From contig CAZVUZ010000001.1 of NCBI GenBank assembly GCA_964630485.1, forward strand, positions 3,472-67,471: 64,000 nt of DNA, in the 5' to 3' direction. A program made the translations under genes and the position numbers. Under the pieces are notes generated by a model. The model was given only the letters and a program-made list of their open reading frames with translations. It had not been told where the DNA came from and made no database searches. The stretch is from an uncultured Ignavibacteriales bacterium. GTDB taxonomy: Bacteria; Zixibacteria; MSB-5A5; GN15; FEB-12. Positions 46,480 through 55,733 of the stretch are shown here, piece after piece (position 1 is the stretch's first letter; every line of letters begins with the position of its first letter).

Positions 46480-48825
46480 ATGAGTCTCAATACTTTCGGT
46501 GAATTACTGATACGGCTGGCGTTTGCCCTGAACCTTCTGGCCGGTTTTAGCTTCCTGCGTCTGGCCGGCGGGCACCTCTCTTACGAGAGTCTCGCGCGCC
46601 GCAGTTACAACGTTTTCGTGGCGGTAGTGACCGTGGCGGTGGCCTTGCTCTATTTTCTCTTCTTCAACCACGAATTTGTTTTCAAGTATGTCTTCGAATA
46701 TTCCGACAGCTCGCTGCCGTTTTTCTATCTCCTGTCGAGTTTCTGGGGCGGCCAGGAAGGCACCTATTTGCTCTGGCTGTTCTTCAGTGCTTTGCTGGGA
46801 TATGTCATCATCTACCGGGGAGGGATTTACCGCAACTGGGCGATGGTGATCTACACCTGCGTGAACGCTTTCTTCTTGTTCATAATGACGGAGCTGTCAC
46901 CGTTCGCGGTGCTCGATTTCTGGCCGCCCGAGGGCGCCGGACTGAATCCGCTTTTGCAGGATCCGTGGATGGTAATACATCCGCCGGTCATTTTCTGGGG
47001 CTATGCTCTGGCGGCGGTTCCTTTCTCGATTGCGCTGGCGGCGCTTATCCTCAACGATTACTCCGAATGGGTCCGGAGAGCCTTTCCCTGGGTGGGAATG
47101 ACCGCGTTCCTTCTGGGAGCCGGTAACGTCATGGGCGGCTACTGGGCCTACAAGACGCTCGGTTGGGGCGGTTACTGGGCCTGGGATCCAGTCGAGAATT
47201 CGTCCTTTGTGCCCTGGTTCGCCGCGCTGGCTCTTTTGCACGGGCTTATTGTCGAGAAACGCTCCGGGGCGCTCCGGCGCTCCAATATACTCCTGTCGGC
47301 GATAGTGTTCGTTCTGGTAGTTTACGGTACTTTTCTGACTCGAAGCGGGGTCCTGGCGGACTTTTCGGTACACAGTTTCGTCGATCTGGGCACTACGGTC
47401 TATCTGGTGGGCTTTCTCATACTTTTCCTGATCGTAACCCTGGTTCTCTTTGCCTGGCGCTTCCGGACTTCCGGAGGCAAGCCGATTGAATACAACCTGT
47501 TCAGCCGTTTTTTCTCACTCGTGGCGGCGGAGGCAATGCTTTTCGTCTTCGCCATGATCGTCCTCTTCTGGAGTTCCCTGCCGGTTATTACGACCTACCT
47601 CACGAATGAGCCGCGCGCGGCTGATATCCCCACTTACAACAGCTTTGCTATGCCGTTCGCGGTCGTTTATGCGTTGCTGCTGGCGGTGTCGCCGCTGATC
47701 GGTTACGGTTCCCGCTCGATGACGAACTGGCCCCGGAAACTGATTATAACGCTGGTTGTTGTTGCCGCCCTTGGGGGTGGTCTGTTCTATGTTGTTCTCG
47801 GCGCCGGTTTTGTCTTCGCCGTGGTGTTTACGCTGGTGCTTACCGGTCTGGTGATGTACTTCCTGAACGAGGAGTTCCGCTCGAAGGCTTATCCGGCCCT
47901 GGGCGGATTCTTGGGGACGGCGGTGCTGGCGATGTTGCTGGGTGTTCGGGAATATATGTATATCCTGCTCTTCGCGACGGCAGCCATGGCGATTGTTACC
48001 AATGTTTCTTTTGTTATTAAGGGTTTCCCCCGAGGGTGGAAATATGCCGGGGGACAGGTAGCCCATTTCGGGTTTGGCCTGATGATTATCGGTATCGTCG
48101 CCTCGTCGGCTTTCAGCACCAGCGAACAACTGATCTTACCTCTCGGCAAGAGCGATTCGGCTTATAATCTGTCGGTAACGTACCGCGGCATGGCCAATCA
48201 GATAATGCATCCCAACAACGAGTTAATATTGGATCTCAACGACGGTTCCGGCGCCGAAGAGATACGGCCACAACTGTATTATTCCGAGCGTCTCAACGGC
48301 ATAATGCGCAAGCCGTATATCCACCGTTCTTTCCTCGACGATCTCTACTTCGCCCCCCAGGAAGTCCGCGAGGGCGAGGCCGGGGCCGGGTTGGTGCTGG
48401 TTAAGGGGGAAATGAAGAGAGTCGGCGAATACGAAATTACCTTCGATGATTTCGTCATGGATCAGCACAGCGACGGCGGCGGTCACATGAGTGTCGGCGC
48501 CCGGCTGGAGGTTGTGAATGGCTCCGCGGTTGATACCGTAATGCCGGTTCTGAGTATGGGGTCGGCGGGCACTTCGCTGCAGGCGGACAAAGTCGTGTAT
48601 CTTGATACTGCCGGTCAATACCCGGTCAATATCACCGGCATTCAGGCTGATCGCGGAGCGGTTGTGCTGGATATTCCCGGTCTCACGTCCGACGCCCGGG
48701 GCGAGCAACTGGCCCTGGAAATATCACGCAAACCGTTGATTACGCTGGTCTGGGTGGGGACGACATTTATCCTCATCGGTGGCTTGATAGCCTATTTTAG
48801 GCGTCGTTCGGAGCTGGAAGCCTAA
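46480..48825 (+). CDS. ccmF: Cytochrome c haem lyase subunit CcmF
   Basis: Polytopic protein with the WWD motif WGGYWAWDPVENSSFVPW and a C-terminal periplasmic domain plus final TM. ATG at 46480 lies after the ccmE stop; the ORF is open from 46390. Confidence 0.9.
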   Translation: MSLNTFGELLIRLAFALNLLAGFSFLRLAGGHLSYESLARRSYNVFVAVVTVAVALLYFLFFNHEFVFKYVFEYSDSSLPFFYLLSSFWGGQEGTYLLWLFFSALLGYVIIYRGGIYRNWAMVIYTCVNAFFLFIMTELSPFAVLDFWPPEGAGLNPLLQDPWMVIHPPVIFWGYALAAVPFSIALAALILNDYSEWVRRAFPWVGMTAFLLGAGNVMGGYWAYKTLGWGGYWAWDPVENSSFVPWFAALALLHGLIVEKRSGALRRSNILLSAIVFVLVVYGTFLTRSGVLADFSVHSFVDLGTTVYLVGFLILFLIVTLVLFAWRFRTSGGKPIEYNLFSRFFSLVAAEAMLFVFAMIVLFWSSLPVITTYLTNEPRAADIPTYNSFAMPFAVVYALLLAVSPLIGYGSRSMTNWPRKLIITLVVVAALGGGLFYVVLGAGFVFAVVFTLVLTGLVMYFLNEEFRSKAYPALGGFLGTAVLAMLLGVREYMYILLFATAAMAIVTNVSFVIKGFPRGWKYAGGQVAHFGFGLMIIGIVASSAFSTSEQLILPLGKSDSAYNLSVTYRGMANQIMHPNNELILDLNDGSGAEEIRPQLYYSERLNGIMRKPYIHRSFLDDLYFAPQEVREGEAGAGLVLVKGEMKRVGEYEITFDDFVMDQHSDGGGHMSVGARLEVVNGSAVDTVMPVLSMGSAGTSLQADKVVYLDTAGQYPVNITGIQADRGAVVLDIPGLTSDARGEQLALEISRKPLITLVWVGTTFILIGGLIAYFRRRSELEA

Positions 48826-48889
48826 AGCCTGTCGGCTCTTCTTTCGATCTTCTCTGTATAATCTTACACGCGAGAGATACCGGGATATT

Positions 48890-49729
48890 ATGAGAATCAG
48901 GTCCTTACTTACGATTTTGAGCCTGCTGGCCGCGAGTGTTTTGGCCGGCACGATATCATTTGATCCGCAACGCGGACTGGTCGAGGTGGCGGTGGTGATC
49001 GACGGGCGCGTGAAGGGGAAATTCGGCATCGATACGGGCGCCGATCGGCTCTATATGGATCGCGGCTTCGCCGAGCGAAATAACCTGAAGGTGGACTCCG
49101 GGCCGCCACAGAGGGCGATCACCGGTGTCGAGGGATCCTCCGAGGCCGCTTCGATAGGGTTGCGGTCGATAGAAGTCGGCGATGAAACCCTGTATAATCT
49201 GACGGCTACGGCCATTGATCTCGGGGCGCTTATCGGCGACAAGAGCAAAGGCTATCCCGACGGTCTCATTGGACACGACGTCCTGCGGCGGTTTTACATA
49301 ACCGTCGACTATCAACAGCAGAGCCTGGCCATGCATATGGAAGAACCCGGTTTTTTGAAAGGCAGTGACTATACCTCGGTACCCTTTACGGGCAATCGCC
49401 ATTTGATTTTGGTGGATGTTACTTTCAATGACTCGGTTACGGCGCCGATGATTCTTGATTACTGTGCCTCGTACACCGTAATAACTCCCGAACTGGCCGT
49501 CCGGCTGGGTGTTGATTCGTCGGCGGGGGCACGCCCGATTATAGATCGCATGCAACTCACCGACGGGACCTTCACCCCCGGCGTACACACCTCCGTCAGC
49601 GATTTGTCGAATCTCAGAAGATCGGGCCTGAGGGCTGGCTTCGAGGGTATACTCGGCTACAGTTTTCTGTATCGTCACCGGATAACCGTTGATTATAAGC
49701 GCGGCAAAATCTATGTCCACGACAAATGA
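48890..49729 (+). CDS. Secreted protein with two tandem retropepsin-like (clan AA aspartic protease) lobes
   Basis: Signal peptide. Lobe 1 has FGIDTGAD and GLIGHDVLRRF; lobe 2 has MILDYCAS and GILGYSFLYRH in the equivalent positions. Confidence 0.55.
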   Translation: MRIRSLLTILSLLAASVLAGTISFDPQRGLVEVAVVIDGRVKGKFGIDTGADRLYMDRGFAERNNLKVDSGPPQRAITGVEGSSEAASIGLRSIEVGDETLYNLTATAIDLGALIGDKSKGYPDGLIGHDVLRRFYITVDYQQQSLAMHMEEPGFLKGSDYTSVPFTGNRHLILVDVTFNDSVTAPMILDYCASYTVITPELAVRLGVDSSAGARPIIDRMQLTDGTFTPGVHTSVSDLSNLRRSGLRAGFEGILGYSFLYRHRITVDYKRGKIYVHDK

Positions 49730-49821
49730 GGTCGGTGACCGGATCGTCTTTTACGACGGTTCACCGGTTGCCCTCGGCACCGGCGCTGTCTATATTCGGG
49801 TCAAAAAGAGGGAGATAGCAA

Positions 49822-50166
49822 GTGTCTGAGAAGGCAAATAAATTTCAAGAGGAGCGGGAACGGCTCAACGATATTATCCTGGCCCGCGATGATGTTAACC
49901 TGAAGCGTTTCTTCGGTATCGATACCGCGGTGTACCGTCCCGGCGCTCTCGATGAGAAGACCAAGGAATTGCTTGGACTGGTGGCCTCGCTGGTGCTTCG
50001 TTGCGACGACTGCGTCAGTTACCACACCATCCGGGCGCGGCAGCTCGAGACCACCGAAACGGAATTCGATGAGGTCATGTCCATCGGTCTGGTCGTGGGC
50101 GGATCCATTACCATTCCGCATATAAGACGGGCCTATGATCTATGGAAGGACATGAAAGCGAAATGA
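49822..50166 (+). CDS. Carboxymuconolactone decarboxylase / AhpD-like family protein
   Basis: 114 aa with CDDCVSYH, which matches the AhpD-type CxxCxxxH motif. GTG start. Confidence 0.7.
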   Translation: MSEKANKFQEERERLNDIILARDDVNLKRFFGIDTAVYRPGALDEKTKELLGLVASLVLRCDDCVSYHTIRARQLETTETEFDEVMSIGLVVGGSITIPHIRRAYDLWKDMKAK

Positions 50167-51047
50167 GGCAGTTATTATTTGTGATGATTCTTGCGTCTTC
50201 GTTGTTTACGGTACTTGCGGCCGATGCCGCGGAGTTGGAAGAGCCGACGGCGCCCGGGGCGGCATGGTACCGGGCGCATTACCCCTTCTGCACCATATCC
50301 GACACCGTTTACACCTTCCAGTCCGAGTTTATCCTGCCTGAAGGGTTCCATCATGCCGACTCGTCTCGGCTCAACGATTTTCAGGTATGGATCTCAAACT
50401 TTCCCCTGAGGCACAGGTATATCAGGGTGGGCAGCTGGAAGGGGAGGATTAAGTATGAGGTTGACCAGGTTTCCCGCGCCGTTCACCTGCCATATTCCGG
50501 CCAGCTATTTCGCGATTATACCCTTCCGCTGAGGGTCCTTGCCGAGTACCTGCTCTACCGAGAACAACAATACTCCCTGACAATAGTGCCGGCGCGAGGC
50601 GACACTCTGAGGTATGGTGACTGGCTCATGGGTGAGCTGGTTTACAATTCGCACCGGGAGCCGTTTTTTCGCCCCGGCGCACCGAGGGAACCCAGCCAGA
50701 GGGAATACTACGACTTCATGAAGGCCTGCATGCGCAATACCTCATATGCCAGTTTGGCCTTCAACGCCGACAGCATTAAGGCCGATCAGGTGATGCCTGG
50801 TGATGTGTTTGTAGCCCACGATGAACGCGGTCTCAAAGGATGCGTCTATCTGGTCCTGCATATGATCGAGAACAAAGACGGTAAGAAGCTCTACGCGGTG
50901 GCTACCGGTTGCCCCGATGCCTGCGACATACACATCCCCCTGCTCACGGAGAACCGCGATATGCCGTGGGTGACGGTCGACAATATAGCCGCCCTCGGTC
51001 GTGACTATCCGCGCCGCTCCTTCCTGCGTCTCCTTACGGGGCCTTGA
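50163..51047 (+). CDS. Secreted protein of unknown function
   Basis: Signal peptide MRQLLFVMILASSLFTVLAADA. ATGA overlap with the AhpD-like gene. No confidently recognised domain. Confidence 0.5.
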   Translation: MRQLLFVMILASSLFTVLAADAAELEEPTAPGAAWYRAHYPFCTISDTVYTFQSEFILPEGFHHADSSRLNDFQVWISNFPLRHRYIRVGSWKGRIKYEVDQVSRAVHLPYSGQLFRDYTLPLRVLAEYLLYREQQYSLTIVPARGDTLRYGDWLMGELVYNSHREPFFRPGAPREPSQREYYDFMKACMRNTSYASLAFNADSIKADQVMPGDVFVAHDERGLKGCVYLVLHMIENKDGKKLYAVATGCPDACDIHIPLLTENRDMPWVTVDNIAALGRDYPRRSFLRLLTGP

Positions 51048-51284
51048 CACGGGTACTCGGCCCCTACTTCGAAAGCCCTTGTCTTTCTTTTTACCGATCA
51101 GTATATTCGCCGAAGTGCAGGAATCAACGCCTGCCTTCCGGGCCGGGGTCGATCGGAAACTGAGTCTTTCAGTCATTTTTCACTTAGACGCTGGCCCTGC
51201 AACGAGTTACTGGACGCGAGAAATCAGCACGGTATTCATGGCGCGACACCTTCTCGGGTATAACTGCCTTTTACGGCATCTGTT

Positions 51285-52022
51285 TTGTCGGGAGGACCCT
51301 TGGAAGAGAATGAGGGACTGGACCGGGGACCGTACACCAGGTTTGAGGCACAGCGCATCCAGAATGAGTTGGCCTCGTGCGTGGATCTTTATGGAAGCCA
51401 GGTCGAGCCAAAGTTGATAGCCGCCGTGGATACCGCATACGGCCAAGACGGTGATGTTCTCTATGCCTGCGCCACCGTCACTACTTTCCCGGAGATTGAA
51501 GAAGTCGAGCGATCCTGCTACCATGGCCGGCCATCCTTTCCCTATGTCCCGGGATTACTGTTTTTTCGTGAAGGTCCGATCGTGGTCGGAGCGTTGGAAA
51601 AGCTCACCCACCGGCCGGATATTGTAATCGTTCACGGTCACGGTATCGCTCACCCGCAGCGGTGCGGAATGGCGTGTCACGTGGGTATTACTCTGGATAT
51701 ACCCACCATAGGCTGTGCCCGGCGCATCCTGGCAGGCAGGCACGGTTACCTGGCGACGGCGAAGGGATCCTCACAACCGATAGATTACCAGGGCCGCGAG
51801 GTCGGGGTAGCTTTTCGCAGCAAAGACAACGTCAAGCCGATCTACATTTCCCCGGGGTATCGATGTGACATTCAAACCGCCCGGGATATCGTTGTTCGCA
51901 ATCTGAGGGGATTTCGACTTCCGGAACCTTTACGGTTGGCTCATTTGTTCGTAAATAAGTATAAGAGAAAATCGGAAAAGAAACATTCGGCCCAGCGTGA
52001 GTTGGTGTCGAAAACAGTATGA
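51285..52022 (+). CDS. nfi: Endonuclease V
   Basis: IAAVDTAY, PYVPGLLFFREGP, VHGHGIAHPQRCGMACHVG and PTIGCAR motifs. The start codon (TTG at 51285) is uncertain. Confidence 0.8.
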   Translation: MSGGPLEENEGLDRGPYTRFEAQRIQNELASCVDLYGSQVEPKLIAAVDTAYGQDGDVLYACATVTTFPEIEEVERSCYHGRPSFPYVPGLLFFREGPIVVGALEKLTHRPDIVIVHGHGIAHPQRCGMACHVGITLDIPTIGCARRILAGRHGYLATAKGSSQPIDYQGREVGVAFRSKDNVKPIYISPGYRCDIQTARDIVVRNLRGFRLPEPLRLAHLFVNKYKRKSEKKHSAQRELVSKTV

Positions 52023-53237
52023 GTGAATCACCGTTTGGCTACTTCACAAGCTCTGATTGAAGAGTTGAAAAAAATCGCCGGGAAGATATCCCGCGATCAG
52101 GTTACGTGGCGCCGCCATCTGCATCGTCACCCCGAACTTTCCTTTGAAGAATATGCAACGTCCGAGTTCCTCCGGGACACCGTCGGCAAATTCGGGTTGA
52201 AGATCCTGCCGCTTGACATGGATACCGGGGTGCTGGCGCAGCTGGAAGGAGGCCGCCCGGGCCCGGTGGTGGCGGTTAGAAGCGACATCGACGCTCTGCC
52301 GGTTGGGGAACGCACCGGGCTGGATTATGCGTCGCAAAACCCCGGTTGCATGCACGCCTGTGGACATGATATGCACATGGCCATTGTGCTGGGAGTGGCG
52401 GCTGTGCTGAGTGAACTGAAGGATCAGATCGAGGGGACAGTGCGGTTTATCTTCCAGCCGGCGGAGGAAATGCCTCCCGGCGGGGCCCGCCCGATGATTG
52501 AGCAGGGGGCCCTGGATGACGTGGCCATGATTTTCGGACTGCATGTCGATCCCCATGTTCCTACCGGAGACATTGGACTCCGTGACGGCGTCACTATGGC
52601 CTCGGTCACGGATTTTGACCTGACCATCAACGGTCGGGCCGGACATGCCGCCCGTCCCCAGGATGCCGTCGATGCCATTGCCACAGCCTGTGAGGTGGTG
52701 GATTCGATACAGAAGATAATATCCCGCGAGATCGACCCGGTCGAGCCGGCGGCGATCACTTTTGGCCGGATCGAGGGCGGTTTCGCGCGCAACGTAATCG
52801 CCGACACTGTCACCCTGACGGGTACCGCACGGGCCCTTTCGATGAACACCACTCGTGAGTTGCGACGTCGCATAAAGCGAACGGCCGACGCTGTTTGCCG
52901 TGCCCGGGGCGCCCGGTCCGAATTCGTAATTAAGGCCGATTACCCGGTACTGAAGAACCATCCCCGCGCCAACAGCATCCTGAGGCGAAACTTCGGTTTG
53001 CTCTATGACGAGCGGCGTATTGCCGAGACACCTCAGGTTCTCGGCGGAGAAGATTTTGCCTGCTATCTGCAGAAGGTGTCGGGTGCCATGTTTCGACTGG
53101 GCGTCCGCAATCCGGACCTCGGGGCGGACAAACCCTGGCATTCACCGCAGTTTACAGCCGATGAGAATGCTATCACCTGCGGTACATCACTCCTGGCCGC
53201 GTCCGTCCTGGATGCCCTGATGGTGGTTCGAAAGTGA
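52023..53237 (+). CDS. M20 family amidohydrolase (N-acyl-amino acid amidohydrolase / hippuricase-like)
   Basis: WRRHLHRHPELSFEE, HACGHDMH, FQPAEE and GGEDFA motifs. Confidence 0.85.
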   Translation: MNHRLATSQALIEELKKIAGKISRDQVTWRRHLHRHPELSFEEYATSEFLRDTVGKFGLKILPLDMDTGVLAQLEGGRPGPVVAVRSDIDALPVGERTGLDYASQNPGCMHACGHDMHMAIVLGVAAVLSELKDQIEGTVRFIFQPAEEMPPGGARPMIEQGALDDVAMIFGLHVDPHVPTGDIGLRDGVTMASVTDFDLTINGRAGHAARPQDAVDAIATACEVVDSIQKIISREIDPVEPAAITFGRIEGGFARNVIADTVTLTGTARALSMNTTRELRRRIKRTADAVCRARGARSEFVIKADYPVLKNHPRANSILRRNFGLLYDERRIAETPQVLGGEDFACYLQKVSGAMFRLGVRNPDLGADKPWHSPQFTADENAITCGTSLLAASVLDALMVVRK

Positions 53238-54706
53238 CAGCTCTCCGCAAACTCGTCATTCTCGGCGTTCTGTGCTGTTGCCTGGCGCCGGTGGCAGGGG
53301 CCGGGCGCCTTGAGGGGCAGGCCGTGACCTATGCCGATTTTTCTCATGTGAACGACATCGCCAGTTCGATGAGCCACGTCTACTTCGCCACCACCGAGGG
53401 CATCATTCGATACAACAAAATGACTTCATCGTGGGAGGAACCGCTTACCGGGGCCGACGGCGTGGACAGTCGCGATATCCAGAGGGTCTGGGTAGACGTC
53501 TTCGATGAAAAGCTCTTTGCCAAAACGTCGTTTCGCTATTACGAATATGACCTGCTGTTCGACGAGTGGTTTCCCATGGCTGAGCTTCCGAATATAGAGA
53601 CCAAAGGCGCCCACGTGGGGCCGCCGCCGGTCATGTATGCCCCGCCCGGGTACATGTACTCGGCCGACGGCCAGTTGATCGGCCCCGACGGTCGCCGCTA
53701 CACGTTCACCGACATATTCGATGATCGCTCCGGCAACCTGTGGCTCGGAACCTGGGGCCACGGTCCGATAGCGGCTAATAGCGCTTCCTATGTCATGGAG
53801 TTCCTCACCTTCGGGCTCCTCCAAAATCGCGTCAATACGATGATGTTCCACGGTGATCAGCTATGGCTCTCCGGCGCCGCGCTCGGGGAGGATCGCTCGG
53901 GAGTAACCGAATTCGACCTGGAACGCAACACCTTTCGCCATTACGAGTCGGGTCTGGATAATGATTTTCCGATAGTCGATATCAATGCCATGGCGGCGGA
54001 TGATAAGACGCTCTATCTGGGCACGCCGTTCGGCCTGCTGCTCTTCGATCGGGAAATGGGCCGTGTGCGCCGGCGCCTGTCGGACCGACGGGGGCTGATC
54101 GACGACAATGTTCTGAGCCTCGCGATAATGGGGGACACGCTAATTGTCGGTACCGAGGCCGGGTTGAGTATTCTCACCGAGTACGGTGACTCCGCCAGGG
54201 CGGTTCATCCGGACGTGTTTCAGGGCCAGATTATTTATGACCTGGAGGTGGACGATTCCACCGTCTGGGTGGCGGCTACCGAGGGAGCCTATCGGGTGAC
54301 CATGACAACGGGCCGCATTCAGAGGTTATCCGATCCTGACCTGTATCTTTCCAGCTGGGTGACGGCGGTGGAACGTTTTGAAGATGATATCTGGTTTGCC
54401 TCGCGTTACGGGGTCGTTCGGGTCAGGAGTCGGACCGGCGATTTTGAATCCTACCCGGAAGCGGCGGGGGCAGGCGATATAAACGCCCTGGCGGTAAACG
54501 ACACCATGTTCGCCACGGGGTCCAACCAGGGGCTTACCATTACCTATTATCAAGACGGCAGGCGCAATACGCGCGGTTTTACGACCGATGACGGGCTGGC
54601 CTCGAATTATGTCTACAGTCTTTTGATGGACGGTGACTACATTTGGGTTGGCACAGAACTGGGCGTGACCCGTTTCTGGTGGAATAATCCCCGCCGGATC
54701 GACTAA
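53234..54706 (+). CDS. Secreted beta-propeller protein (two-component-regulator-propeller-like repeats)
   Basis: Signal peptide and repeated motifs (D..GNLWLGTWGHG, LYLGTPFGLLLFD, LIVGTEAGLSIL, VWVAATEGAYRV, IWVGTELGVTRF). Confidence 0.55.
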   Translation: MTALRKLVILGVLCCCLAPVAGAGRLEGQAVTYADFSHVNDIASSMSHVYFATTEGIIRYNKMTSSWEEPLTGADGVDSRDIQRVWVDVFDEKLFAKTSFRYYEYDLLFDEWFPMAELPNIETKGAHVGPPPVMYAPPGYMYSADGQLIGPDGRRYTFTDIFDDRSGNLWLGTWGHGPIAANSASYVMEFLTFGLLQNRVNTMMFHGDQLWLSGAALGEDRSGVTEFDLERNTFRHYESGLDNDFPIVDINAMAADDKTLYLGTPFGLLLFDREMGRVRRRLSDRRGLIDDNVLSLAIMGDTLIVGTEAGLSILTEYGDSARAVHPDVFQGQIIYDLEVDDSTVWVAATEGAYRVTMTTGRIQRLSDPDLYLSSWVTAVERFEDDIWFASRYGVVRVRSRTGDFESYPEAAGAGDINALAVNDTMFATGSNQGLTITYYQDGRRNTRGFTTDDGLASNYVYSLLMDGDYIWVGTELGVTRFWWNNPRRID

Positions 54707-54808
54707 TAAACCGGCGGGAGGCGGTTTAAAGTTGATTGTCGGGCTTTCAGGTGTTAATTTGCACGGAATGGCATTGCAGATTTGGTTTAACCCCCGTTTT
54801 TAAGACCG

Positions 54809-55729
54809 GTGATGAAGTCTCTTTTCAACAACCTGTCGATGAAGATTATAGCCCTGTTATTGGGGCTCCTGCTCTGGTTTCATGTAGCCACGGAGAAGAC
54901 CTATAAATATCAGCTCAGCCTGCCGGTGAGTGATATCCAGCTCGATGAAGAGTTTACTCTCAAGCAGGATCCTCCGGACTCGATTCAGGCCGTCGTGTCG
55001 GCCTCGGGTAAAAGCCTGCTTCGCAGCCAGTGGCGGAATGAGGGCGTCCGTATCAGCGCCATCCAGTTGAAACCGGGGCGACACGATTTGAGTCTCTCCA
55101 CCGCCAATACCTTCCTGGTCGGCGGCGGCAATGTCATGTCGTTACAGGAAGTGGTGTCGCCGGCGACGGTCAAACTGGAGGTCGACACGAAAGCCGAGGC
55201 TGTCGTGCCCGTAACGGTGGATCTGATTACCATGCCTGACGAGGGTTATGCCGTCAAGGCCGTTTCGGATCCGGATCCGCCCGAGGTTACCCTGGTCGGT
55301 CCGCGGTCGCGTTTGAGCAGTTTTAGGACGGTGCTGACGGAACAAAAGGAACTTTCCGGGCTAAGGAATAACCTCCAGCTCACGGTCGGCCTCGTCAAGC
55401 CGGCGGGCTACAATATCACTCTCTATCCTGATTCGGTGACGGTGTCCGTGGAGGTGGTGCCCGTTCAGACCCGTGTCTTCGAAAATGTGCCCATAGTTGT
55501 TTTCAATGTTCCCGCCGGTCAGCTCATGGTGGCCCGTCCTGACACGCTGAGTGTTATCCTCACCGGTCCCCCGGCGGCGATAGGTAGCCTTTCGGTGACG
55601 GCCCTGGTGGCCACCGTTGACTATGCCGGCGCCGACGCGGAGGGCTGGACGGCCGTAACGGTCGATTGCCCCTCAATCTTTCGCGTCAAAAGCGCCTCCG
55701 TGGACTCCGTTTACATCGTGACGCAGTAA
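54809..55729 (+). CDS. YbbR-domain-containing protein
   Basis: N-terminal anchor LSMKIIALLLGLLLWFHV followed by repeated beta-rich modules with V..V....P.GY patterns, as in YbbR/CdaR proteins. Confidence 0.6.
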   Translation: MMKSLFNNLSMKIIALLLGLLLWFHVATEKTYKYQLSLPVSDIQLDEEFTLKQDPPDSIQAVVSASGKSLLRSQWRNEGVRISAIQLKPGRHDLSLSTANTFLVGGGNVMSLQEVVSPATVKLEVDTKAEAVVPVTVDLITMPDEGYAVKAVSDPDPPEVTLVGPRSRLSSFRTVLTEQKELSGLRNNLQLTVGLVKPAGYNITLYPDSVTVSVEVVPVQTRVFENVPIVVFNVPAGQLMVARPDTLSVILTGPPAAIGSLSVTALVATVDYAGADAEGWTAVTVDCPSIFRVKSASVDSVYIVTQ

Positions 55730-55733
55730 GTAT

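Noticed and set aside
51048-51284. A 237-nt gap before nfi, and a 290-nt gap at 58355-58645, examined for tRNA, SRP, 6S or other ncRNA genes and for the listed ORFs 51001-51417 and 58255-58518.
   Set aside because: I could see no cloverleaf, no conserved SRP or RNase P motifs, and no strong extended helices. The ORF translations are low-complexity and lack RBS or motifs. A covariance-model scan would be needed to say more.
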